Source: Nitrospirota bacterium (lineage in GTDB: Bacteria; Nitrospirota; JACRHJ01). Taken from it: a stretch of 64,000 nucleotides of DNA. The position numbers and the translations under genes were made by a program. Below the pieces are notes generated by a model, which saw nothing but the letters and a program-made list of their open reading frames with translations, was not told where the DNA came from and searched no databases. Every line of letters starts with the position of its first letter. Position 1 is the stretch's first letter. The DNA lies in NCBI GenBank assembly GCA_021789495.1, contig JAJYJM010000001.1, positions 4,018-68,017 of the forward strand, given 5' to 3'. Of the stretch, positions 43,535 to 56,686 are shown in pieces.

Positions 43535-45748
43535 TTAAGCCTTGCGCAGGCGAAGTGAGTTGCTCACGACGGACACGGAAGAGAGGGCCATGGCGGCTGC
43601 GGCCATTACAGGCTTTAGGAGAATCCCGAAGGACGGGTACAGGACTCCGGCGGCCATCGGAATGCCGACGGTATTATAGAAAAACGCCCAAAAAAGGTTC
43701 TGCTTTATCGTCCTGAGGGTCTTCCGGCTTATCTCAAGGGCCTCCGCCGCGCGTGTAAGCTCAGGCTTTATAAGCATTATGTCGGATGCCTCGATTGCGG
43801 CGTCCGTCCCTGTCCCCACGGCGATGCCTATGTCGGCCCTCGCAAGCGCGGGCGCGTCGTTTATGCCGTCCCCGACCATCGCAACAATCCTGCCCTTTGC
43901 CTGAAGCTCGGATATTACCTTCTCCTTCCTGTCCGGCAGCACCCCCCATATCACATTTTCGACGCCTACCTTCCTGGCCACAGCGCGCGCCGCAAGCTCG
44001 GTGTCCCCGGTAAGCATTATGACTTCAAGGCCAAGCTCCTTGAGCCTCCGTATGCCTTCTACGGAGCCTTCCTTTACACCGTCGGCAATCGCTATTATGC
44101 CTGCCGGCTTTTTGTCCCTTGCAACGAATATCGATGTATAACCTTCCTGCGCGTAAAGCGCCCCGGCATGGGTGAACTGCGCCGTATCCACGCCGTTTTC
44201 GGCCATGAGACGGGCATTTCCTATAAGCACATCTTCATCCCCAATCCTTGCCCGAGCCCCGTAGCCCGGCAGGGCCTCGAAACCGGACGCCGGAGATATT
44301 ACGAGGTTTTCCTCCCTCGCCTTTTCCGTAACGGCAAGGGCGACGGGATGCTCGGAGTAGTTCTCTACCGATGCGGCAAGGGCGAGGAAATCCTCACCGC
44401 CGTCCCCCAGTTCTTTGAGCGCCATAACCCTGGGCCTGCCTTCCGTCACCGTCCCGGTCTTGTCCAGGACAATCGTATCCGCCTTGGCGAACCGCTCTAA
44501 TACATCACCGCCTCGGAATATTATGCCCTTTTCGGCGGCCCTGCCCGTCCCGACCATTATAGCCGTCGGCGTGGCAAGACCCATCGCGCACGGACATGCT
44601 ATTATAAGCACTGCGATAAAGGCCAGCAGGGCGAACGTAAAGCCCTCCCCTGCGGCGAGCCATACCCCGAAGGCCACGAACGCCACTACTATAACCGACG
44701 GGACGAAATACGCCGCCACCTTGTCCGCGAGCCTCTGAATCGGCGCCTTCGCGCCCTGTGCCTCTTCAACGAGCTTTATTATCCCGGCCAGAACCGTGTC
44801 TTTTCCAACCCTTTCGGCCTTAAACTTAAAGCTGCCCGTGAGGTTCAGCGTCCCGCCGAAAACCGTCTCGCCCTCGCCCTTTTCCACGGGCAGGCTCTCG
44901 CCCGTGAGCATGGACTCGTCCAGCGAGGAAAACCCTGAGATTACGGCCCCGTCTACGGGCACTTTCTCTCCTGGCCGGACGATTACCACGTCTCCCGGCA
45001 TAACGTCTTCCGCCAGTATTTCCATCTCCTGCCCGTCCCGGACTACCCTCGCCGTCCTGGGGGAAAGCTTCATAAGCCGCTTCACGGCCTCGGACGCCTT
45101 GCCCTTCGAGCGGGCTTCGAGGAACTTCCCAAGCAGGATGAGGGTTATAATCATCGCGGAGGTGTCGTAATAGACGGCGCTGCCGAAACCGGCGAAGACG
45201 CCGGGGAAGAAGGTGATGACTGCACTGTAGAAATAGGCCGTGGACGTGCCCGTGGCAATAAGGACGTCCATGTTGGCGCTCCCGTGGGAAAGCGTCCCCC
45301 ACGCGCCCTTGTAGAACCGCTGGCCCGCCCAGAACTGCACGGGCGTCGCAAGCGCGAAGAGTATGAAATCGAGCACCCTGTGAGAAACCGGCATGGATAC
45401 GCCGTGGAACGAGGACGCCATTATAACGGAGCTTGCGACTATGCTGAAAATCACCTTTATCCTGAGATCCCGAAGCTCCTCTTCCTCCCTGGCCTCCTTT
45501 ATCTCCGGGGCGGCCTCTTCCTTATCAAGCACCTGATATCCGGTCTTTATTACCGCTTCCTTTAGCCCGGCCTCGGAAATCTCCGCCGGCACGTATTCCA
45601 CGCGCGCCGTCTCGGACGCGAGGTTTACGTTCGCGGAGATTACCCCCGGCCGCTTCTTCAGCGCGCGCTCGACCGCCGCAGAGCACGAGGCGCAGGTCAT
45701 TCCGCCGATATTCAGGGTGCTTACAGCCGTTTTGTTGTTATCCGACAT
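43535..45748 (-). CDS. copA: copper-translocating P-type ATPase
   Basis: N-terminal HMA domain GMTCASC. CPC transmembrane motif. DKTGTVT phosphorylation site. GDGINDAP. Confidence 0.95.
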   Translation of the reverse strand: MSDNNKTAVSTLNIGGMTCASCSAAVERALKKRPGVISANVNLASETARVEYVPAEISEAGLKEAVIKTGYQVLDKEEAAPEIKEAREEEELRDLRIKVIFSIVASSVIMASSFHGVSMPVSHRVLDFILFALATPVQFWAGQRFYKGAWGTLSHGSANMDVLIATGTSTAYFYSAVITFFPGVFAGFGSAVYYDTSAMIITLILLGKFLEARSKGKASEAVKRLMKLSPRTARVVRDGQEMEILAEDVMPGDVVIVRPGEKVPVDGAVISGFSSLDESMLTGESLPVEKGEGETVFGGTLNLTGSFKFKAERVGKDTVLAGIIKLVEEAQGAKAPIQRLADKVAAYFVPSVIVVAFVAFGVWLAAGEGFTFALLAFIAVLIIACPCAMGLATPTAIMVGTGRAAEKGIIFRGGDVLERFAKADTIVLDKTGTVTEGRPRVMALKELGDGGEDFLALAASVENYSEHPVALAVTEKAREENLVISPASGFEALPGYGARARIGDEDVLIGNARLMAENGVDTAQFTHAGALYAQEGYTSIFVARDKKPAGIIAIADGVKEGSVEGIRRLKELGLEVIMLTGDTELAARAVARKVGVENVIWGVLPDRKEKVISELQAKGRIVAMVGDGINDAPALARADIGIAVGTGTDAAIEASDIMLIKPELTRAAEALEISRKTLRTIKQNLFWAFFYNTVGIPMAAGVLYPSFGILLKPVMAAAAMALSSVSVVSNSLRLRKA

Positions 45749-45810
45749 GGCTTATCACAGTAAAAAAGGGGCTCTCTCACGCCCCTAGGCTTACAGCAAA
45801 CATTACAAAC

Positions 45811-45903
45811 TGTCATTGCGAGCTTCAGCGAAGCAATCTCGGTTTTTAAGAGAATCAGTAAATTCCGGGATTGCCGCGTCGCCTTCGGTTCCTCGCAATG
45901 ACA
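45811..45903. repeat. two inverted copies of the dispersed repeat bounded by a perfect 12 bp terminal inverted repeat (TGTCATTGCGAG ... CTCGCAATGACA)
   Basis: Read directly. Located between the copA start and the YtxH-like gene. Confidence 0.65.
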
Positions 45904-45917
45904 AAATCTGTCAACGC

Positions 45918-46232
45918 TTACGCGTGGCTATGGAGGCGCGCCTTCTCCTCTTCCATGGCCTTTTTCCCGGCCTCTACCGCGCCCTGTATGGCCGGTTTTT
46001 TCTCTTCAAGGTATTCCCGTCCGCGGCTTAAGGTATCCGCAATCTTAAGCTTTGCGCTCTGGCCCACACTCCAGACCTTGTCCTTCGCGTCTCCGGCGAA
46101 CTCGCTGATTTTTTCCCTTGTCTCGCGCCCGGACTGCGGTGCCGTCAGAAGCGCTATGCCGGCGCCGACGATGCCGCCGACAAGGAACGAAATAACCATC
46201 GAACCGGTGGAGAAGTTCTTTTCTTCGTACAT
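45918..46232 (-). CDS. YtxH domain protein
   Basis: GGIVGAGIALLTAPQSGRETR motif. Confidence 0.75.
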   Translation of the reverse strand: MYEEKNFSTGSMVISFLVGGIVGAGIALLTAPQSGRETREKISEFAGDAKDKVWSVGQSAKLKIADTLSRGREYLEEKKPAIQGAVEAGKKAMEEEKARLHSHA

Positions 46233-46646
46233 TTAAGCTACCTCCTTCTTTTTCCATGACCTGAGGTTTTCGACCAATGTCCGCACCCCGGCCTTTATCC
46301 CGGCGAGGTACGCCGCCGCATCGATTAATGGACCCCGTATGTTCTCGTTTATTATGGCATTTATGCCATTGACCGTGCCGGTTACCGCATCGACCGTCCC
46401 CTCGACTTTTTCAACCCCGGTCTTTGCCGCCGCAACTATTCCGTTTACCTCATCGATCGTATTCCTCACAGAGCCGACCAGCGGCATTACTTCCACGTTT
46501 ATCAGCGTCTTTACGGAACCGTTCAGGTCGTTCAAGGTGGATTCAATGGATTTCAGCGTGCTTCTAAGCTGTATCATGACCGGAATCAGCGTCAGGACCG
46601 CAACTGCAAAGGCAATGGCTATTATCAGAACCGCCGCAGGAAGCAT
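46233..46646 (-). CDS. DUF948 domain protein
   Basis: N-terminal TM helix (LIIAIAFAVAVLTLI) followed by coiled-coil. Usually paired with YtxH. Confidence 0.7.
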   Translation of the reverse strand: MLPAAVLIIAIAFAVAVLTLIPVMIQLRSTLKSIESTLNDLNGSVKTLINVEVMPLVGSVRNTIDEVNGIVAAAKTGVEKVEGTVDAVTGTVNGINAIINENIRGPLIDAAAYLAGIKAGVRTLVENLRSWKKKEVA

Positions 46647-46826
46647 TTCAAAATCCTCCTTTAGTTTAAATATACCTCAAGCCGGCCTTATTAACAAGAC
46701 GGCCGGTGAGATTCCCGGGCAACGACATCCGATACCTCGCTCCCGTCCACCGGGATTAAGATATATTCATACATAGTAAATTTATATCAGAGAGGCTGGA
46801 AGCAGTCAAAGGGAAAAGGCGTGTAT

Positions 46827-47675
46827 TCAGGGCGATACGCCCTGTTTTGCGCTGGTGAACAGAAGACCCCTGACAACCTCGGCACGTTTGCCGAGCGGCC
46901 CCATATCCTTGCCGTTGAGCCGGGCGCGCACTCCGCCCGCGTTTCCGAGCGTCAGGACTATCTGTTTGTTCGCATTTATTATCCGGGCGTTGCCCTTTTT
47001 CAGGATACCGCTCATCCCGCTTGCATTGTCGGCCCTGTAGGAGTAGTAGCTGTCCTCGACGGCGAAAAGCTTGAGAGTGAGCGGGCCGATTGCCTGAAAG
47101 GGTTTCCGGGCGGTATGGGATACGGTCGTGCGGTTTTTGAAGGACGTTACGGCCTTCATTGCCGGGGCCGGAGGCTTTTGCGCCACGGGCGCCGGGGCCT
47201 GGCGAACGGGCGGCAAGGGGAGCTTTGGAGCCTGCGCCTTCATGGGCCTTTTCGGAACGAACAGGAGGGTTATTCCCGTGAGGGCCGCGCCTGCGAGAAG
47301 CCCCGCAATGATTATCAGGTATACCGGGTGTTTTTTCCCCGTCGGTCTTTCCGCCTGGTGTTTACCGCGGGATATACTTATAAGCGAGGGCTTGGGGCGG
47401 TGTTGAACATCCCGGTCATCCGGCGCGGGCGCCTCCCTCGGCGGGAGATTCAGCTCCCTGTAGCGCGCCAGTATATCTTTGACGTTCAGGCCCAGTTCCT
47501 TTGAATAAGTCCGCAGGAAACCGACAACGAAGACGTCGCCGGGGATGGCCGAGTAATCGCCGTCCTCCAGGGCCTTGAGGAATGTATGGCTTATCCTCGT
47601 CCTCTCGGCTATCTCGGTAAGGGAAAGCCCTTTGGCCTCCCTCGCCACCTTTAGTTCTTCACCGATGTTTGGCAT
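46827..47675 (-). CDS. rodZ: RodZ-like cytoskeleton protein (HTH XRE plus DUF4115)
   Basis: N-terminal HTH (LSLTEIAERTRISHTFLKALE), TM helix, Pro/Ala-rich linker, C-terminal DUF4115-like domain. Confidence 0.75.
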   Translation of the reverse strand: MPNIGEELKVAREAKGLSLTEIAERTRISHTFLKALEDGDYSAIPGDVFVVGFLRTYSKELGLNVKDILARYRELNLPPREAPAPDDRDVQHRPKPSLISISRGKHQAERPTGKKHPVYLIIIAGLLAGAALTGITLLFVPKRPMKAQAPKLPLPPVRQAPAPVAQKPPAPAMKAVTSFKNRTTVSHTARKPFQAIGPLTLKLFAVEDSYYSYRADNASGMSGILKKGNARIINANKQIVLTLGNAGGVRARLNGKDMGPLGKRAEVVRGLLFTSAKQGVSP

Positions 47676-47676
47676 T

Positions 47677-48429
47677 TTACTTTAATAGATTCAGATACTT
47701 GTCAGCCTGCGCCGAAAGCCTGGAGTTCGGAGCCAGGCTTTTTGCCTTCTCCAGGCTCTCCGCGGCCTTGGCGTTCCTGCCCTGCTGGAAATACACCAGG
47801 CCGAGCTCGTAATAAGCCTGGGCGCTCTTTGGGGCAGCATCGATAGTCTTCCTGAAGAACCTCTCCGCGTTCTTCATGTCGCCAAGTTTTTTATACTCGT
47901 CCGCAAGGCCGTACATCGCGTCGACATTGTAGGGATTCGACAGCAGCGCCTTGCGGAAGGATTTGGCCGCCTTCTTGTGTTTTCCCATGGAGTCGTAGAC
48001 GTTTCCGATGTTGACAAGCGCCTGGTCTTTTGTGGGATAAACCGGATTGTTTATAGCCTTTTCAAGCTCCGTTATCGCATCGGAATAATCTTTCTTCCGC
48101 GCGTACGCAAGCCCAAGGTTGTTATGGGCCTCGCCGTAGTTCGGGTCGAGCGATATGGTCGTCTTGAACTCCGATATCGCTTTGTCGAAGCTCCCTTCGT
48201 TGTAATAGATTATTCCCGCCGCGAAATGCGCGCCGAGATTATCCGGGTTCTCCTGAATCGCCATATTGAATTCGTATAGCGCGGATTCGTTGTTTCCGGA
48301 CTGCATCCGATTCAGTCCGTTCTTATAGTGGGATATGGATTCCTGGACTGGAGTCGGGCCGCTTGCGCAGGCGGAGAGAAGCAGAGCGGAGGTCAGGAGG
48401 GTCAGGATAATAAATATCGGCTTTTTCAT
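47677..48429 (-). CDS. TPR-repeat lipoprotein
   Basis: Lipobox LSACA. At least five TPR units. Confidence 0.75.
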   Translation of the reverse strand: MKKPIFIILTLLTSALLLSACASGPTPVQESISHYKNGLNRMQSGNNESALYEFNMAIQENPDNLGAHFAAGIIYYNEGSFDKAISEFKTTISLDPNYGEAHNNLGLAYARKKDYSDAITELEKAINNPVYPTKDQALVNIGNVYDSMGKHKKAAKSFRKALLSNPYNVDAMYGLADEYKKLGDMKNAERFFRKTIDAAPKSAQAYYELGLVYFQQGRNAKAAESLEKAKSLAPNSRLSAQADKYLNLLK

Positions 48430-49337
48430 GCTATGTCCTCGAAAAATGTTATCTTCCTAAACTCCCTGTAGCGCCCTTCGATTTCCTTGTAGTCGAGACT
48501 TTTCATCCCGTTCAGGCTGAAGTCCTCCACGTTGAAGGACGCCATGACGCTCCCGAATATTATCGCCTGCCGAAGCGACGCCTCGTCGAAATTCTGCACG
48601 TTGTCCAGGTATCCCATGAACCCGCCCGCGAAGCTGTCCCCGGCGCCGGTCGGGTCGAATACGGCCTCAAGGGGATATGCCGGGGCGGAGAATATCCCGC
48701 CGGAATTGAACATTACGGAGCCGTATTCGCCCCGCTTTACGATAAGGGTGCCGGGCCCCATCGCCTGCACGGCCCGCGCGGCCTTGACGAGGTTCGGCTC
48801 CCCGGCGAGTTCCCTCGCCTCGGCCTCGTTTATAAGGAGTATGTCCACCTCGGCCAGCGTCTTTACAAGCTCGTCCTTTTTTCCGCCTATCCAGAAGTTC
48901 ATGGTATCGCAGGCGACGAGCTTCGGCCTGTTTATCTGGTGCAGGACTTCCCTCTGGAGCACAGGGTCGATATTGGCGAGGAACACGACATCGGATGCGC
49001 GGTATGCGTCCGGGATATTCGGCCTGAAGCTCTCGAACACATTCAACTGCGTATCGAGCGTCCTGGCTTCGTTCAAGTCGTAGCCGTACTCGCCCTTCCA
49101 CCGGAAGGTCCGTCCCTCGGATTTCTGGAGGCCGGAGACGTCGATCCTGCGGTTTTTAAGGAACTGGACGTGCTTGTCCGGAAAATCATCCCCGACGACC
49201 GCGACAAGCTTCACGTCCGTGAAGTAGCTTGCCGCCGTGGAGAAATATGTCGCGGAACCGCCCAGTACTTCATCGGCGGCTCCAAACGGTGTCTTGACAC
49301 TGTCGAACGCAATGGAACCCACGACCAGCAAGCTCAA
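48426..49337 (-). CDS. PfkB family carbohydrate/nucleoside kinase
   Basis: DPTGAGDSFAGG motif near the C-terminus. N-terminal GG dipeptide region. Confidence 0.8.
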   Translation of the reverse strand: MSLLVVGSIAFDSVKTPFGAADEVLGGSATYFSTAASYFTDVKLVAVVGDDFPDKHVQFLKNRRIDVSGLQKSEGRTFRWKGEYGYDLNEARTLDTQLNVFESFRPNIPDAYRASDVVFLANIDPVLQREVLHQINRPKLVACDTMNFWIGGKKDELVKTLAEVDILLINEAEARELAGEPNLVKAARAVQAMGPGTLIVKRGEYGSVMFNSGGIFSAPAYPLEAVFDPTGAGDSFAGGFMGYLDNVQNFDEASLRQAIIFGSVMASFNVEDFSLNGMKSLDYKEIEGRYREFRKITFFEDIA

Positions 49338-49340
49338 TCG

Positions 49341-50213
49341 CTATACCTCCTGCCCGACGTATTTCCCGATGATTGCGTCGAGTTTCCTTTTGGTTTCCTC
49401 CGGTATAAGCTCAGCCGAGGTCATTATGGCGTATTTCAGGGAATCCCCGCACGCGCACGAACGCGAAACCGGCATGGCCTCCACGGCTATCTGAATAATC
49501 TTCTTGGCTGTCTCCACGTTCTTTCTGAGGATGGCGATTACGGCCTCGATTGTAACGTCTTCCTCGGTCTCGTGCCAGCAGTCGTAGTCCGTCGCAAGCG
49601 CAAGCGTCGCATAGCATATCTCCGCCTCGCGCGCAAGCTTCGCCTCCGTTACGTTAGTCATGCCGATTACGTCCACTCCCCAGCCGCGGTATATCCTCGA
49701 TTCGCCCCTGGTGGAGAACTGCGGGCCTTCCATGCAGATATACGTCCCGCCCCTATGCATCTTCGCGCCGGCCTTAACTCCCGCGTCATAAAGCGCGCCC
49801 GCAAGCTCCGGGCAGACCGGGTCTGCAAATCCGACGTGCGCCACGACCCCGCCGCCGAAGAACGTGCTGACGCGGTTCTTAGTCTGGTCGTAGAACTGGT
49901 CCGGGACGACAATCTCGCCGGGCCGGATTTCCTCCTTCATGCTCCCGACGGCGGAGACGGATATTATACGCTCGACGCCGAGTTTCTTCATGGCGTAGAT
50001 GTTCGCCCGGTAGTTTATCTCCGAGGGCGTGAACCTGTGCCCCCGGCCATGTCGCGGGAGAAACGCGAGCCTCCTGCCTTCAAGGGTGCCCAGGACGAAC
50101 TCGTCCGACGGCTCCCCGAACGGTGTATCCACCCGGACGGACGTAACGTATTTAAGGCCCTCCATGTCGTAGAGACCGCTTCCGCCTATGACTCCTATCT
50201 CCGCTTCGGACAA
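49341..50213 (-). CDS. mtnP: S-methyl-5'-thioadenosine phosphorylase
   Basis: [12 protein letters not shown]-terminus. PNP/MTAP family blocks. Confidence 0.85.
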   Translation of the reverse strand: MSEAEIGVIGGSGLYDMEGLKYVTSVRVDTPFGEPSDEFVLGTLEGRRLAFLPRHGRGHRFTPSEINYRANIYAMKKLGVERIISVSAVGSMKEEIRPGEIVVPDQFYDQTKNRVSTFFGGGVVAHVGFADPVCPELAGALYDAGVKAGAKMHRGGTYICMEGPQFSTRGESRIYRGWGVDVIGMTNVTEAKLAREAEICYATLALATDYDCWHETEEDVTIEAVIAILRKNVETAKKIIQIAVEAMPVSRSCACGDSLKYAIMTSAELIPEETKRKLDAIIGKYVGQEV

Positions 50214-50762
50214 TTCAAGCTCCTTTTTTCTTTGTCATTCGGAAAATGCCAATAGAACTAAAGAATTATAAGGCATTGGAACTGTTTTGTAAAGGGATTT
50301 CGGGCGGACTAAAAGCAGGGGCTTAAGTTTATTGCGTCCGGCATTCCCGTGAAATCGGGAACCCGGCGGCTTTTCTTACCCTCGCCCTTTCATGGGAGAG
50401 GATGGCCGAAGGCCGGGAGAGGGTTCGCCGTTTTCCTGATTTGTAATTGCCAGATTCATCGGGCGGCGTCTGGAAATTACGATGCGATTTAATTATAATA
50501 TCGAGCCACGCACCAAGAGTAAACCTAATCGGTCGGGAAAGTTCGTTCTCAGGATAATTTACTATGAGCTACGATAACTCCCCGCCAACTTTGGATTATT
50601 TTTATAAATTCCCGAATTTTTCGGCGGAATCGGAAACGGGCTGAAAACGGGCCGTTTTCGGGCATTTTCGGGGCAAAAAGGAGGGGCGGAGAAGGGGGCG
50701 ATTTGGCGGGTTTTCTATGGATATTCCATTTATTTTACAACCGGTTAAACAATAAAACGCTG

Positions 50763-50789
50763 TCATTCCGAGCGAAGCGAAGAATCCGA
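50763..50789 (+). repeat. copy of dispersed repeat (TGTCATTCCGAGCGAAGCGAAGAATCC)
   Basis: Read directly. Lies within the 700 bp ORF-free region. A partial copy is also at 50238-50255. Confidence 0.6.
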
Positions 50790-50928
50790 CTATCGCCTTT
50801 GTAACCCATTGAAAACGTTGAAATCCTATTTTGCGTTTTCGGCGGGTTTGAACGGCCTGCGGCGACTTATTGAAGGTTATTTATATAATGAGAGAAACGG
50901 CGGGTTTTTAATCGCCTTTAATCAGGCG

Positions 50929-51468
50929 TTATTCCTTGAAATATCCGGAGGTTACCCTCTCCCAGTCTCCCCTCGCCTGAAGGATTAAATCTATGACCTC
51001 TCGCACTGCGGCCTCGCCCCCGCGCCTCTCCGTTACCATGTCCGCCGCCTCCCTGACATACGGCTCGGCGTCCGCAACCGCGATAGAAAGCCCCACCCGC
51101 CTCATAACCGGCAGGTCCACATTATCGTCCCCGATGTAAGCGACCTCCTCGTCCACTACGCCCAGTCTGTCCTTAAGCTCTTGATATGCCGGGAGTTTTT
51201 CCTTCGCCCCCTGGATTACGTGCTCTATTCCAAGCTCCCCGGCCCGGACATTCACCACCTTGGAATTCCTGCCCGTAATGAGCGCTACATCCACCCCGGC
51301 GCGCATCAGAAGCTTTATTCCGTGCCCGTCCCGGACGTGAAAGACCTTATATTCCAAGCCGTTACCGTCGAGTATTATCTCCCCACGGGTCAACACTCCG
51401 TCCACGTCGGATATAAAAAGCTTTATTTTCGAGGCCTTGCGCCGTATTCCCAAGTCCTTGTTTTTCAT
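50929..51468 (-). CDS. kdsC: 3-deoxy-D-manno-octulosonate 8-phosphate phosphatase
   Basis: HAD motif I FISDVDGVLT. KdsC-size (179 aa). Confidence 0.85.
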   Translation of the reverse strand: MKNKDLGIRRKASKIKLFISDVDGVLTRGEIILDGNGLEYKVFHVRDGHGIKLLMRAGVDVALITGRNSKVVNVRAGELGIEHVIQGAKEKLPAYQELKDRLGVVDEEVAYIGDDNVDLPVMRRVGLSIAVADAEPYVREAADMVTERRGGEAAVREVIDLILQARGDWERVTSGYFKE

Positions 51469-52421
51469 ACGATTCCCGCCTTCAGCAGGTCGTGCAGGTG
51501 GATTATCCCGTCCGGGCGGCCCTTTTCGTCCACGGTCAAAAGCGAGGTTATGGAATGCCTCTCCATTACGGAAACCGCCTCCGCCGCAAGCGAATTCCTG
51601 TTTATTATCTTGGGGTTGCCATGCGCAAGCTCTCCGGCGCTCCGGGAGAAGAGATCGTCGGATTTCTCAAGATAGCGCCTTAAGTCCCCGTCGGTTATGA
51701 CGCCGACCAGCTTCCCATTGTCGTCCACGACAGTCGTTACGCCCATCTTCTTCGAGGTTATCTCGAAAAGCGCCTCACGCATGGAGGTTTCCGCTTTTAC
51801 GACGGGCACTTCCGGGCCTTTGTGCATGAGGTCCTCGACCCGCAGGAGGAGCCTTTTCCCAAGGCTTCCGCCGGGGTGGAAGCAGGCGAAGTCCTCCTCT
51901 TTAAACCCGCGTTTTTCAAGGAGAGTAATGGCAATTGCGTCCCCCATCGCGAGCGCGGCGGTGGTGGAAGCCGTCGGAGCAAGCCCAAGCGGACAGGCCT
52001 CCTCGGAGACGCCAACGTCAATCGTAACCTCGGCGGCCTTGGAAAGCGAGGAATCCATCCCGCCGGTAAGGGCTATGACTGGGATTGCCAACCTCTTGAA
52101 AACAGGGAGCAATTTTACTATTTCCTCCGTCTCTCCCGAATTGGATATGGCTATTACAATGTCGCCCCTCGTTACCATCCCCAGGTCGCCGTGTATTCCA
52201 TCGGCGGGGTGCAGGAACAGTGCCGGAGTGCCGGTAGAGGCAAGCGTTGCGGCGATTTTTTTGCCTATAAGGCCGGATTTCCCCATGCCTGTAACGACTA
52301 CGCGGCCCTTGCAGGCAAGGATTATCTCCATAGCCCGCGTGAACCCGCCGTCTATCCTGTCGATAAGGGCAAGTATCGCCTCGGCCTCGATTTTCAGGAC
52401 TTTTTTCGCACCGTCGAGCAT
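51465..52421 (-). CDS. kdsD: arabinose-5-phosphate isomerase (KdsD/KpsF; SIS plus tandem CBS)
   Basis: SIS motif VTGMGKSGLIG. Two C-terminal CBS domains. Start moved to the internal Met. Confidence 0.85.
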   Translation of the reverse strand: MLDGAKKVLKIEAEAILALIDRIDGGFTRAMEIILACKGRVVVTGMGKSGLIGKKIAATLASTGTPALFLHPADGIHGDLGMVTRGDIVIAISNSGETEEIVKLLPVFKRLAIPVIALTGGMDSSLSKAAEVTIDVGVSEEACPLGLAPTASTTAALAMGDAIAITLLEKRGFKEEDFACFHPGGSLGKRLLLRVEDLMHKGPEVPVVKAETSMREALFEITSKKMGVTTVVDDNGKLVGVITDGDLRRYLEKSDDLFSRSAGELAHGNPKIINRNSLAAEAVSVMERHSITSLLTVDEKGRPDGIIHLHDLLKAGIV

Positions 52422-53329
52422 TATGCCTCCGCCGTCGCGGGCCGGCCCGCCGCCGCGCGGACTGCAATAATCTGCTTTATTATCATAGACATTCCGGCAA
52501 TATCCACCATGTTCGGCCCGTCGCAGAGGGCCTCGTCGGGGCATGGATGGACTTCCATAAATATCCCGTCGATGCCGACAGCCGCAGCCGCGCGCGCAAG
52601 GGGCGCGACGAACTGCCTGTCGCCTGAGCTTTTGTCCCCTCCTACGCCGGGCAGCTGGACACTGTGTGTCGCGTCGAATATCACGGGATAGCCCATTTCG
52701 CGCATTATTATAAGCGCGCGGAAGTCCACGACAAGGTTGTTATATCCGAACGAGGCGCCGCGCTCGGTGAGGATAATGTCATCGTAAACCCCTCGCCCTG
52801 CGGGAGAGGGGCAGGGGGTGAGGGCTTCATCTGCCGCTCTTATTTTGTTTATTACGTTCTTCATCTCCCAGGGTGACATAAACTGGCCCTTCTTCACGTT
52901 CACGGGTTTGCCAGTCCTGGCCGCCGCCTGGAGGATGTCCGTCTGACGGCAGAGGAATGCCGGTATCTGAAGCGCGTCCAGGACCTCAGCCGCGGGAGCC
53001 GCCTGTTCCGGGAGGTGAATGTCTGAAATCACCGGGACGCGAAAAGTCTCCTTCACCTTGGCAAGAAGTTTTAAACCGTCCGCCATACCCGGCCCACGGT
53101 ATGAGGACGATGAACTCCTATTCGCCTTGTCGAACGACGACTTGAATACGAGCGGCACGCGCAGGTCTGCGGCGGCCTTAACAACCTGCTCCGCCGCATT
53201 CATAAGCTTCGCCTCGGACTCGATGACGCACGGCCCGGCAATCAGCACGAGCGGACTGCCGCCGCCGAGTTTGATGGGACCTATTTTAATTTCTTTTGTC
53301 ACCCTCTCCCCCATCCCCTCTCCCATCAA
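52421..53329 (-). CDS. kdsA: 2-dehydro-3-deoxyphosphooctonate aldolase (KDO8P synthase)
   Basis: Conserved KSSFDKANRSS, GANFGY.NLVVD and DATHSVQ blocks. Contains a ~14 aa insertion coincident with a GC-rich hairpin element. True start probably the ATG at 53326 or 53314. Confidence 0.85.
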   Translation of the reverse strand: MMGEGMGERVTKEIKIGPIKLGGGSPLVLIAGPCVIESEAKLMNAAEQVVKAAADLRVPLVFKSSFDKANRSSSSSYRGPGMADGLKLLAKVKETFRVPVISDIHLPEQAAPAAEVLDALQIPAFLCRQTDILQAAARTGKPVNVKKGQFMSPWEMKNVINKIRAADEALTPCPSPAGRGVYDDIILTERGASFGYNNLVVDFRALIIMREMGYPVIFDATHSVQLPGVGGDKSSGDRQFVAPLARAAAAVGIDGIFMEVHPCPDEALCDGPNMVDIAGMSMIIKQIIAVRAAAGRPATAEA

Positions 53330-53344
53330 GGGCGAGGGAAAAAA

Positions 53345-55764
<2,420 letters not shown>

Positions 55765-56686
55765 TCGACGAACTTCGGCACGCCTTCCTCGACCTTGGTA
55801 CGGGGATTATATCCGAGCATTTTTTTCGATTTCGTGATGTCGGCATAGGTAACCTCGACGTCGCCGGGCTGGTCGGGCAGCTGTTCTATGATGGCCTTTT
55901 TGCCAAGGTTCTTTTCGATAAGCTCTATAAGCGTCCTGAGTTCTGTGGTCCGGGATTCGCCGATATTGAATATCTCGAAGGCGAAATTGGCGTCGATTGC
56001 CTTGATGACTCCGTCCGCGATGTCGTCGATGTATGTGTAGTCCCTGCGGGACGAGCCGTCGCCGAACATCGGGACTGGCTTTCCCTGGTCGATAAGCCGT
56101 GTGAACTTGTGTATGGCCATCTCCGGCCTCTGGCGCGGGCCGTAGACGGTAAAAAACCGAAGGCAGGAAATATTAAGGCCGTAGAGGTGATGATATGTGT
56201 GGCATACAAGCTCGCAGGCCTTTTTCGTCGCGGCGTAGGGAGATACGGGATTGTCCACGAAGTCGGTCTCGGAAAAGGGGACTTTTTTGTTGTTGCCGTA
56301 AATCGACGAAGAGGACGCGAAGATAAAGCCCGGCAGACTGTTTTCCCTGGCCGCCTCAAGGAGGTTCATCGTCCCCCGGACATTGACGTCCTCATACAGA
56401 AGCGGGTCGGCTATGGAAGGCCGGACACCCGCCCGCGCCGCGAGGTGAAATACCCGGTCGAACTTCTCCCGCCTGAAAAGCCCCTTAAGCAGTTCCAGGT
56501 CGCGTATGTCCCCTTCGACAAGCTTATATGCCGGGTTTTTAAGCGCCGCCTCGATGTTACGTCTCTTGATTTTCGGGTCGTAGAACTCGTCGAAGCAGTC
56601 GATTACGACGACCTCGTCCCCGCGCGCAAGGAGCTTCTCCGCAACGCTCGACCCTATGAAACCCGCTCCGCCGGTAACAAGTATTT

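Noticed and set aside
46682-46712. Hairpin GCCGGCC-N13-GGCCGGT downstream of rodZ as a terminator
   Set aside because: Stem is short and the flanking T-run on the relevant strand is weak. Not called.
50214-50928. Possible tmRNA, RNase P RNA, SRP or 6S RNA in the large ORF-free region
   Set aside because: No tRNA-like 3' end (GGTTCGAATCC...CCA), no tmRNA tag-reading-frame signature, no GGAAAGTCCGGGCT P4 block and no SRP domain IV motif on either strand. Left as an unassigned non-coding region.
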